NCBI GenBank assembly: GCA_002269645.1
Contig: NIVC01003654.1
Location: 21,217-85,216 of the forward strand
Reading direction: 5' to 3'
Length of the DNA: 64,000 nt
Source of the DNA: Macrostomum lignano
Lineage: Eukaryota
Of the stretch, positions 52,983 to 64,000 are shown one piece after another. Position numbers and translations under genes: made by a program. Position 1 is the first letter of the stretch; each line of letters starts with the position of its first letter. The notes beneath the pieces are model-generated. The model saw only the letters and a program-made list of their open reading frames with translations. It made no database searches and was not told the DNA's origin.

Positions 52983-55829
52983 GCGAAGCTTTTTTTGCCT
53001 TAGTTACCTGCAGTGAGAGCAATAAGGGACTATTATATCTGTCGCTGTCTCTCTCGAAAAGCGTTTGCCGAGAGGGTTTGTCTGAATTTTTGAACGAAAA
53101 AAGCGCGTTTTAAACAGTTTGGCCTCCCCCCCCGCCGGAACTCAACTGTAATCGCTCACCTCTCCGTCCCTGCAGCAGCTTCGCCAACCCCCAAGCCCGG
53201 GCCAGCTCGATTGCCACTGGCTCTCCTCAGGCAAAGGAGGGACGGCGTCTAAACCATCCAGCGAATGGACGCCGTTCTCGGCGGTTAGCAGGGGCGAAAG
53301 GAAAATTGTCAGTTGCGAGGGCGTCTGCAGGGAACGGATTAGATGAGGGGCTTTGACGTTCTGCGGGGGCGGAGAGGTGGCTGCTGCGTAGGAGGAGAGC
53401 AGGGATAGAGGGAGGCAGCGGCAGGCACCTCGTGACTGTCAGCTCGAGTTGAAGCAGCAGCCGATGCTCCGCCCCTAATAATGTCAAGTCCCTCTGCCTA
53501 TCCGTTTCTGCAATTTGCATATTCACCTTTCCTACAGGCGTCCCCTAGTAACGCTTTGAACTCATTCATAGTTGTGCGCGGCAAATTTCCCATAGGCTGT
53601 CAATAAAAGAAAAAAATCTTCTTAGAGCTATTGCTCCTTTGTTTTGTCACCCGAGCGGAGAAAAATAACAATTTAGGCCGGCTAAATCATGCCGCAATGA
53701 TGAATGGACCGCGCATTTTTTGTTATTCGAATGCACTGGCAAAATTTGGTCAGCTCAACTGAAAACCTAGTAATTTATGACTAGGTTAGGTCCACGGCAA
53801 GAGCACTAGCATCAATGTGAATTCAAAAAACCTTTTCCGACCTGCCCGGAGATATGCATGTCGGTTAACAGCATAACAGTTAAGGAAATGCTTCTCCGGT
53901 CAACCGCTGGCTTCTGTACCGAAGGTTGGACCTCCAATTGGGGGTTTTTGCACGCATATTTTTTCTGCTGATTACCTTGTGTCTTACTGTAGTGTCAGCT
54001 TGCGTGTCGCTGTAGCAATTTTTCCACTCGAGCGGTCTGTTTGTAAACTTTCCTCCGATGAACTTGAGGAACTTTATCTTCCCGTCTTGTTTTTGCCTGA
54101 CAGCCAGAGCCTGAAATTAATGATCGTGCAGCTGAGAGGCGGGCTGGGACTCTCCGAAGCACGTAATCCGTGACTTCTGGAGCAGTTTTATTGTAACGAC
54201 ATTTTTGGATATTTTGTCCGCAGTAAATCACAAGTCCACAAATCAAGAATCTTGAATGTTGAAAACACAGAAAAATATGCAATATTTTAAAGCTATTGAG
54301 ACCGTGCCTCTGTAGATACAAATTTGACTCCAACGAGTATTAGACAGCTCAATGCCCAGACCACGAGGCCAACACAAGGGCGCACCTATCACTGCGCCTG
54401 CACCTGCTGCAGCAGAACGTGCTTCTTTTGACGCTACAGGGGCAGCGCTATGATCTACCTGGCAAACTGCAGTCGCAGGAGGGCTTTGAAATAAGACAAA
54501 AGTCAGCCAGCAGCCAGCAAGGAGGCAGAGACATGCCCATTTTTAACCCGGCACGCAAAGTCATATGGATGCGTACACAGGTACTCTTTCATACAGAAGG
54601 GACGCATGCGCACTGTGAGCTTTGGGGGCTGGCACTATTGGCGTCAATCGCTCGGGAAGCCTTAGGCAAGGAATCGAACCCAAGGTCTGTATAAGTACAA
54701 TTGCCGGGCACGCTTTCACTCTACTTCTCTGCCCCCGCGTCATCTGGCTGATGACTCACGAGGTGATCCCGAATGAATTTTCGGCAGGAGCAGGTCCGAT
54801 CCTTCTACGTCTTTGCGTGGGAATCGGAACTGGTTTTTTGGCCGGTCACGTGATTTTGCTTCGCTTTTAGCGAGCCAGCTGGAGCAAATATAGCTGCTTT
54901 GCCTTTTCTAAAGGGCTTCTCAAATTATTCAAGAAGCCGCAATAACAAAAATGCAGCCCTGTTTCATCCGATAGACTGCTACTACAAGCTTTCACTCAAA
55001 TTAGGTTACTTTCTCTGAATATATTAAAAATAGCTAACTCTGCGCTGAAATCCTAAATTTCCTCCGTTGAAAGTGTAAGACGTCTTCTCCGCTCGCTGTA
55101 TTCATTAGTCTATGGTCCGAGTTACATTTGAAGTTGATTCGCCGAGAATTTCTCGTTTCTGAAAAACTCGGAATTTGCCTTAACTTGCATTGATGCTGCT
55201 ATGCATATGCAAATGCTATGCAGCTATCGAAAGCGTTGTCAAAAATCTGTTCTCAACTGTGCCAACTGCCGACACGACACACAACACGACAGTCTTCGGC
55301 GAACATGCGACTAAGGCTGGTGGAAGGAGGCGTAAGCAAAGCGATAGCCGCTCAAACGATAGAACGAATTAGCAAAAAGGCGGCAGAACACACATTTACG
55401 TACATGTAATTCGGAAAATAATACATGTATGTCAGCTGTACTCTAGTCCGAGCGTGCCATAGACGGCTGGCAGAGCGCCTCGGCTACATGGCGGCGCGCG
55501 CCAATGCATGATTAAATTGAGTGCTCGCAGGATCAACTAGGCTGCAAAATTCTATAATGAGAATGGAGTGCCAAGGTAGTGTGGCTCTGAATGCTTTTAG
55601 TTGAATTTTCAATCTCTACTAAAGAGGGACTCTGATAAAGAGTGCAGTAAATGCGTATTCAATAATTCAGTCCAGAATTGGCAAGTGAAGCGAATTGACT
55701 GCGCGCTTTGATGGATGGAAAATCACAAGATATTTTTCCATTTTACCAATTAACAAGGATGAATACGGAATTAAGTGCATTAGAGGACATGCAGGGTTCA
55801 ATGCTGAGGTCATAGAGGTAACGAGGAAG

Positions 55830-56330
55830 CAATCTGGCGTTGTACTGCGACACAAAAGCTGTAAAAGAGGTACCGCGGCCTGTCAAACTTCTTCGAGATA
55901 TTCTCTGGGTGCTCCAAGGAGATACGTTAGCGCCGTTTCTGTTCCTTCTGGTGTTTGACTGGGCGTTGCGAACTGCTCTGCCTTGCAACACGGACGGCTT
56001 TCTTCTGCGGCGACGCCGAAACTTTGAGGCTGACGGATTCGCTCGAACAGCAAGTTGACGCCTTCTGCCCGCCACCTTCAAGATTGCTAACGAGTGAACC
56101 AATACGGCGTTCTATCGCTGCGACGCCCTGGCCAATTCAAGCGACTCTAGCTGGCAGGCCACATCATCCGTAACCGAGTCTTGTTGCCCACAACCGGTGC
56201 AGGAGGTGCGGCTGCTGACGCTGCTGGCACCCTACCGGCGAGGACAGGCGCGTGCTCTTTGCGTTTCAGATGCTGCATTCTGGCTGACGTCGGAGCGGCC
56301 TATATTCGTGCACAAACCCTAAGGCGGGTA
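55830..56330 (+). mobile_element. Non-LTR retrotransposon (RTE-like) reverse-transcriptase and 3' fragment, internally deleted
   Basis: LYCDTKAV...VLQGDTLAPFLFLLVFDWALRTAL matches RT motif B' (G.PQG..LSP.LF). After a deletion come LAGHIIR and CPQPVQEVRLLTLLAPYRRGQAR; the YADD motif is missing. Confidence 0.78.
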
Positions 56331-59300
56331 TTGTGACGCTGCTATGACTGTCTACATGTACGAGCGTTTTGAATGTACGAGCGTTTTGAATTTTTTATAC
56401 TTGCGTTGCCAGTGTAAAATGCAAACCTATTGAGATGGCAAGTAGAGATTTATTGCCGCTGTCGCGGCCTTGGCAGCACCCTGCCTTAATAAGGCACTCA
56501 TGCGATGCAGACTACAATAAAACGATGCTCCGTTGAGCTTATCAGCTTATATTGTGGCAGAGTCGTATAATTTTCATGATTCATTTGCGTGATAAATTTT
56601 CCGAATAAAATTGGACGCCATTTCGAAAGCCGGAGCGACCGCAGCCCAGCAGCTCGGGGACCATCTTTTGAGTCCGCAATCGAAAACACGATATTTCCAT
56701 CTTGCGCAGGCCGGGGGGCGAGCCGGATTTCAAGTTGAAATAAATTATGCAATTAGGCCCACCAGAAATTGGCACTTAAATTCGGAGAGCGGCGGTCTCT
56801 GCTATCCGTGTCAGCTGATTCAGCCGGGTTTTAGTGTTAATCTCGATTTGTCACTTTTCGACGGTCGAATGTTGATGCTCTGCTGCTTCCTGCGGTGCCG
56901 TTGGTTCAGCATCAAATCGCGTAGCCACTGAATAGTCTAGCACCATTTATACTGACTCATTATTATAATATTATTCTATTGTTGAGTTAATGTGATTCTG
57001 TAGTCTGAATTCATGAACTGGGAATCACTGTGAGCTGCCCAGACACTTGGTCAGGGAGGCTGGGCATTATGGATATCCTCTGCCTTCTCCAGTAGGGAAA
57101 CATTCTTCCAGTTCATGATTAGCATTATGACGCAGATTTCGATCTTGACGGGCGAGGCTTTATCTCGCATGCAATTGAGTCTGCGGAGCAATGACGATGA
57201 GGATTTAGGAAGCCAATGAGAAGCTGGGGGAATGGTCATGATGCCGCAATCAGCGCGGGCATAATTGCTTGACTTGGCGCAAATGAGAAACCGCCCGGGG
57301 CAGTCCATTTATCTTTCTTAACAAATTGCTTTCTGATCTGCCTTATTCTGGGTATTTGGTTCATTTTGGCTTGTCAGAAATATGTCTGTCTGGCTACATC
57401 TGTCCTTAGCATGCCACTTCCTGCTATGACACAATATGCATAGCATGTTATTGGCAGATGAGATTCCACGTCTATAAACACAGCTCCAAGGAGGAGTGGG
57501 GTCCGAACACAGTCTACTAATTGACAGCAGGGAAGTCCGCTTGCACTGCCCCTGCTGCTGCACTTTCTGTTGTTTGCGCAGTCTTGCTGAGCATTAGCAA
57601 GGCCTTAAAAGCGCGATTCAATCGTTAAAATAAACCGCGGAAAGTGAATTTGACTTGTAAAATGCAATATAAAGCAGCAGGGGAGGACGCACTGATCCAC
57701 GAAGGGACACTGCCTAAAAAGCGGCAGTTCCTATATGGAAGCCATTTTCAAGTCACCCGTAAAACGCCATGTTTTTTCTTGAAACAGCAGGATTACTCCA
57801 GACATTGGCAGCAAATGATTAGCGAACACCGCTTGCACACGGGAGATCAGAGTGAGGCTGCACTGTTTGGTCTTATAAAACTTAATCTTGAGACAAGCAG
57901 AGCAGCTAGGCTAGCTAGGCAACATATTCGTACAAGTAAAAACATACTCTGATATTTTAAAAATTCAATAGAGTCTTCACCATCTGGTTGAAACGATCAG
58001 TATTGTGAGGAGAAAATTTTCACTAACACCCGGGCATTGCAGGTTGTTCTCTGTTTGCTGACTCTGTTTCCTCGCATCCTGGGATTTGACCATTCCGGAG
58101 CAAACTGGACAAATTTTTAGCTGCTTTTGGTATTCATTGGGCTGGGGTTGGGCTGACAGGAAGTGGCTGTAGACTCGCTTAGCCCGGGTGCTGCAGTTTC
58201 CCATGCAACCCATGAGGAAGTGGGAGAATTCATTCCTTGTGGCTCCATGCTTGGTAACTGCCGTCCCTGGCAGATCACACTGCATCTGCGGTCTGCTCGC
58301 CGCCTAGCTACTCACAGACTGCTTTTCCATTAGTGCCGCACACGGCTCAGCCTTGGGCTCAGCAGCTGGCAATGGCATATGACCATTAGCCAGATGTTTG
58401 AAGTGTCAATCAATGCGGTGTGTTAGACTAAGGTCCAGGGCCGCGTTAGCATCCCCATTTTGATGTCGTCTCTCTTCTCTCTGCACTATAATAGATCAGC
58501 GAAATTTGACCTGTTCCAATCTTCAAGTCCGGGCAAGCACCACAGCTCCAGAGCCGAGCTCCAGAGCCTAATGGCGCCAATCTGTGCAAAGTAATTCATG
58601 GAATGGGAAGTATACTTTATGCCTTAGATAATGCTAAGCCCCCAGCTACTGCTGTTTATGGTTTTCTAGATTAAATTTTATGAGCCAAGCTATCTCTGCG
58701 AATGCTAGCTCGTAAAGAGTGTTCACCCTGGATCCTGTAGAATAGGATTCAGAGACTCGCGGAATGGGAAAAATACTGATAGAAGTTGGCGCCGCAACCG
58801 GCCCCTGGTCATAGATCTGCATCCACCCAAACTGAATGAATTTCAAGGTAGCGTTCGATCCTGGGGAAAAGGCTCTCTACGGACCCCAGGGCTGCTGAGG
58901 TGCCTGTACTGGTCTCCGGACCGCTGAAGGGGACCATGGAAGCTGCCACCACCTGTCATGAGCAGGCGCACCGCCATTCCCACTCTAACGAGGCAGGGGC
59001 CTCCCCCCAATGACCGGAGCATTTGATCGAGCTAGTCAGGGAGCTGGCCATAGCCGAAGATGGGACTCTGCTTGGGTGTTTATCGAGAGTCTGCTACACT
59101 CATCAGAGCACTTCTCACCATGGGATCCTTGTGACTGGGACAGACAAAAATACCAGCGTGTCAGACTACTAAAAGTGGTATGAGAGAATATGAACCCTAT
59201 AGTTTCCAGATGATCAGTGCGAGAATGGCCCTATGTCCAGGGATTGTGATACTTCCGGCCCTTCCAATGCTAACAAATCTCTGCTACTCACGCTCACACT

Positions 59301-61659
59301 CGCGGACTGCTAGTGGACTGCTAGTGGTCCTTGCGAGCAGCTTAATAATAGTAGTAAATTCTGCGGTTAACAGGGCACAGGCCTGAGTGCGACCGAAGAT
59401 GCTCGACCTTGCTGATGCTGGCTGCTGATGCCGCAGGCAGGCTGTTGCTGCTGCTGTGTGTGTGTGTGTCGCCGGAACGAGTCCCCGATCAGAGCCACTC
59501 CGGGTGGGCTGACCGAAGGGCTTCGTGTTCCGAATCAACCCGAGTGTTCGTTTGTCTGGGGAGAGGTTCCCTGGCTCCCATCCGCCGCTTAAAGGCCCTC
59601 GGGAAATAGGATAGGTGCAAGGACCACTGAAGTCACTTCGTAGTCCTTGGATAGGTGTTGCTGCTGTTGCTGCCGGAACTAATATATCGTCACCAGTCAG
59701 GACAGAGAGTCACCGGTATAGTCCCCGGGAACGGACAGGAGTCAGTTTGGAGTCAGGAGGGATACGTCTTACGCTCTAATTAGGCATGCTGACACCAGAA
59801 AAAGCTTTGTGTCTTCCAAATCCCAGTGTTCCGCGATGAATCAAAAAGTCCTACAACCTAGGCCAACCTCTGCGTTTTTATCGGAATCGTTGAATAGTGC
59901 AACAACTTTATATAAACCCCAATCACTGGCTCAAAAACAAAAATCATGAAATGTAAATCACAACAGTTGCAAAAGCGCCGTACATCAAAGTGGCGTTTTT
60001 AGCGATCTCTAACGTTTTTTGGTTTACTATCGCTCATGTTTAGTTTAGAAACTGAAAAGCCCTAGTGTGATATATATACAGGTCTATAATGAGTACGGGT
60101 CTTCCATTACGATTCAAAATGTTAAAAAATCACATTTAATGACGAAGGCCAATAACTGAGTTGAAATTGAACACAAATCAGTTATAGGTTTACGCTTTAA
60201 CGATTTTAACAACGAAAGGCATAAAACTGCTACTTTTGTGTGTTAAAATTAAACTTATTTTGCATTTAAGTATTTTTAACATTTTATTAATTTCAGAATT
60301 TCGTTTAGAAAAAGAAATTTGCTGCAAATTCTCTTTTTGAATTTTTCGTGGGAACCTGTACCACGTGTGTAGTTTCTTGGAGTTTTTTGTTCGTATGCGT
60401 ATAGGCCTTTAGTGTATGAATATTTCAGAAAAAAACTTGCTCTTAATTCTGCCATTGAAATGTACGAATTTACTGTTCGTGCCTCACGCTTTGCCTATAA
60501 ATTGTGCACAAATAAATATTTACATATTTGCATAATACTAATAGCTAAATGCAAATAGAAATAGGCTTAAACATTGTACTTGTGAGAATATTCGTCAGAC
60601 ATTTTCAGACCATGCATTTTGACTTTAATGATTTTTATGCATTAATAAATACTAGCCTAATATTTTAGTATATTAAAAACATATACTTCTATGGTCTATC
60701 CATTTGGCATTTGGTCTGTCCTTTGCGGTCCTTAAAAGTAAATTAGGAAGTTTAGTCTATTAATAAAGAATTATTATTATTATTAATTATTATTATTATT
60801 ATTAATAAAGAACTTTCAAAATGTGTTGATTTCTAATTATTTTTGAATATGAAATTGTTATAACCAAAGAAATTTTAACCAATGAAGACTATAATGTGAT
60901 ATATAATGAATGCTGTTTAGCTCCAATTTTTTGTGCATCAAATAATTTACATTTAAATTTAGTTTAAAATTGACTGTTGCATTCTTGATTGATTTTTCTA
61001 GATTTATGATGAATATTTTCCTAACTATTCTCTCTCAAAGTGGGTTGAATGCTCTGTAGGTATGTATAGTTGATGGGTATTTGCTAACTAGTTTATTAAA
61101 CATTGCTATATTCCTATATTCTCTAAACACATGCTGCTACAATTAAGTTTCAGCAATTTTTCAAAGACTAGCAAATCAAAGGAATATACACTGCCTACAT
61201 GTGGATTCAGTATTTTGTCTGCCAGATCTCTCTAACAGTTACTTGGCTGCCAATAAATCTTGCAACATTTATTGATAACCAGGCTCTATATAGTCTGAAC
61301 TGGCAAGAGTTAAATCATGTAAGTTGAGATTCACGTCCAAATCCATTTGTTTTTTTATGCAGCATCCAACAGTTGAACATTCCAGGACCCATCGCCGGCT
61401 GAATATGAGATTGCGACAATGCGAACTAACCAAAACGAACTTTACAACTGCCATGTGCCAACGAAGGTAATCGAGAAATTCAATGTAAGCATTCGGTTTC
61501 TTTGTCTACTTTGCTTCTTAGTCAGGGTTGCCTGCTTGTAGAAAGGGGCCTGACTGCTTGCCTCCTTGCTCTCTGCGGTCGACTGACTGCTTGTTTTGCG
61601 GCAGTTCCCACAGCCCCGGCAACTACTTGTAGCTAATAACGAGTCGCCGTTCCTGCTTT

Positions 61660-63053
61660 TTGTGTGACCGCCTGGCCCCTCCTTGGCATTTCAACTTGAA
61701 GGCCTCCGACACCTTCGTTGTGAACGAAGCCGCATTAGAAGCCGCTCGCTGGCTGCTGCTGCCGCTGCTGAGCACCGAGTCTCCCGAATCTCCGATTGAA
61801 GAGCCTGATGAAGACACCTGCTGGCAGCTGCTGACCACGGCCAGCGTGCCCGGCGAGTTTTGGCAGCGCAGCCGAGACGTTGTCTACAAATTGTGTAGCA
61901 TCGCGCACGGCAGCCAGGTGCAACTGCTTAGCCAAGACGGCAGCAGCGGCGTCTGGAACATCGGTGGCTTCCCAGACGGCGGCGACGTGGCGGACGAAAT
62001 CGCCGCCGCTCTGCGCCCGGGACCGCCGGGCAGCTTCGTTGAAGTTGACAGCAGGCACCGGCTGGCGTTCGTCGAGCTGACTTTAGACTCCGGCGGCGAT
62101 GCCTGCCCTGATGACCCCGGAGTCAATTTGTCAACGATTCTGCGATTTGCTTGCGGCACCAAGCCCGGCCTGGTGTCGGCTGTTCAGCCCGGACCGTGTC
62201 GGCACCGACTGCTGCTGCTGACGCCGCTGCTGTGCGGTCAGCCTGCGTTTCGGCCGAGGCCGGCCCGGTTGAACCGCATCGCGTGTCGACGAGTTTCTCC
62301 TAAAAGTGGGTACGTCAAAGTTCTGGGTTTTTTACACTGCGTGTTTCTAAGATGCAGATACTTCAGCTTAACATTCTCAGGTGACCAATATAGATGCGCA
62401 GATGCTGGATTGCCCAGTAAAATTAAACTTTTACAGCAAAACTCCAGCTTGAACTGCCTCTATCCCACACATTCTTAGCCTTCTTGTAGTTCTTCCTGTA
62501 TGGATAGGTTGGCCACCATTCTAAATATTCAGGCTGGGCCACCGCCATCCTCCCATTTCCTTCCAAGTTCTTAGGCTGGGTTACCACCTTCAAGATACTC
62601 AGTCTGGGTTACCACCTTCAAGATCATCCGGCTGGGCCGCACCCTCCCAAAGTCAGAAGATTTTATCCTTTTATAAGTGTTAAAATCAGGATTGCAGGAC
62701 CCCTTCCTCAGGAGGGAATCCAACATTCACTTGAATTTTCCCAATGCAATCAGCAGCGCCAAGTCGGGGCCGCCCAGATCTCTGGCCGAGCTGGAGGCCA
62801 GCCGGGATCACGGACGGCTGTCCAGCCTGTTGCTGGGTTCCATGGGCTCGTCTGACGGCACCAGTAAGCTGCGGCTTGGCGTTGGAGACGCGTCGTCTGA
62901 GGTGAGCTCGTGTTGGCTCCGGGGAATGCAGCGGTTGCGGCTCTCAGCTCACAGCTCACGGATGCTCTTCTTCCTCCTCAATTGCAGACTGTGATCTTCT
63001 GGTTCAGCAACGTACCCTGGCTATTGGACGACGAAGAGACTGATGATAACTGA
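61660..63053 (+). CDS. ERLEC1/OS9-like protein with a single MRH domain (5' end uncertain)
   Basis: Exons ~61660-62309, 62754-62901 and 62988-63053 with compatible phases (2, 0) and a stop at 63051. MRH Cys pattern C..YKLC...GDAC...RFAC...QPGPC.H...LTPLLC. The tail LTPLLCGQPAFRPRPARLNRIAC resembles recalled ERLEC1 MRH1 ([23 protein letters not shown]). A signal-peptide-like frame lies at ~61520-61630, but its junction is unresolved. Confidence 0.72.
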
Positions 63054-63375
63054 TTTTGAACCTTTCAGTCCAATAGTTGCTACTTGTCAGTAGCGTGCTT
63101 CGGATCATTGCTACAGTTTCTTTCCAATTCATTTGTCGCATTTGTTTTCATGTTTAATATGAAATCTGTCTGTTCAAGCAAATTTGGAGCTTTCTGACAT
63201 AAAAGTGTTTTTAGAAATTTGCGGCGTTTTTCTTTTCGTCTGTATTGGATAAAATAATGAAGTAAATATAAGAATGCAACATTGCAGGCATCGGTTTTGC
63301 TAAGATTCAGATTCTAAAAAAGACTTTCATAATCAACGAATGACAGCTTCTATTTTCGGTCTTCATTTGTTTCTG

Positions 63376-63441
<66 letters not shown>
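63376..63441. repeat. (CTA)n microsatellite
   Basis: Pure run; explains the poly-Leu ORF 63340-63576. Confidence 0.96.
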
Positions 63442-63756
63442 AGTAGTATTACATGGGATAGAAAGCTTACTATGTATCCAGATCGCTGGATGAGTGTCAA
63501 GGACAATCTCCAGCCAATCCAAGGCACCGACCAATGTTTGCCGTTGGTTTCGGATGTTCAACTGCTGAAATTTTGAATTAAAACCCACGCACTCCTCTTA
63601 GCGATATCCTGCGAAATCTGACAAAGAAGGCAGCTAACTTCAGCTCAAAACTGCGTGTTTAATATATTTTGAAGGTAAGAAGTTTTTCGGCGTATTTCCG
63701 TAATGAGTGAGCTTCTCGGTATCCATAGGCCAAGTCTGTTCAGGCCATTTGAAGTT

Positions 63757-63912
63757 CCTGCATGCAAATTGCGGAGTTTCATTTGGAGTTCCTGTATGCA
63801 AATGTGGAGTTTCATTTGGAGTTCCTGCATGCAAATGTGGAGTTTCATTTGGAGTTCCTGCATGCAAATGTGGAGTTTCATTTGGAGTTCCTGTATGCAA
63901 ATTGTGGAGTTT
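63757..63912. repeat. 33-bp tandem repeat (~4.5 copies)
   Basis: Unit GAGTTTCATTTGGAGTTCCTGCATGCAAATGTG. Confidence 0.9.
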
Positions 63913-64000
63913 CATCCGAGCGAAGCGAGGAGATACTGTCTATGGTTCATCTCCTCTCGCACAGGCGATTCTTTGTATGTAATCCACGGCATGTGCGACC

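Noticed and set aside
52105-53022. ORFs overlapping the GPCR on the other strand or frames
   Set aside because: Shadows of the GPCR coding sequence.

Overview
Eukaryotic (animal) genomic DNA. GC-rich coding exons with GT-AG introns are embedded in a dense background of micro- and minisatellites. This pattern resembles a free-living flatworm such as Macrostomum, which is an inference and cannot be proven from the window. Supported host genes, with exons reconstructed by hand and phases checked: a 5-exon STKLD1-like kinase-ARM gene (-, 11877-15518) head-to-head with a 2-exon CDC50/TMEM30 flippase subunit (+, 15916-17208); an 11-exon ~838-aa cadherin with 5 EC repeats, a Ser/Thr mucin-like stalk, one TM and a short tail (+, 28943-47527); an intronless class A GPCR (-, 51795-52982); an ERLEC1/OS9-like MRH-domain gene (+, ~61660-63053); and two orphan membrane proteins. 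The 19.5-27 kb block is a mobile-element graveyard. It holds a decayed Polinton/Maverick-type protein-primed DNA polymerase B directly followed by a frameshifted dUTPase (an endogenous polinton-like virus relic), a tRNA-derived SINE, a LINE endonuclease fragment and a PIF/Harbinger transposase fragment. A further LINE RT fragment lies at ~55.8-56.3 kb. Most long ORFs in the supplied track are artefacts of tandem repeats. I found no rRNA, intact tRNA or CRISPR array. All family assignments come from recalled motifs, not database searches.
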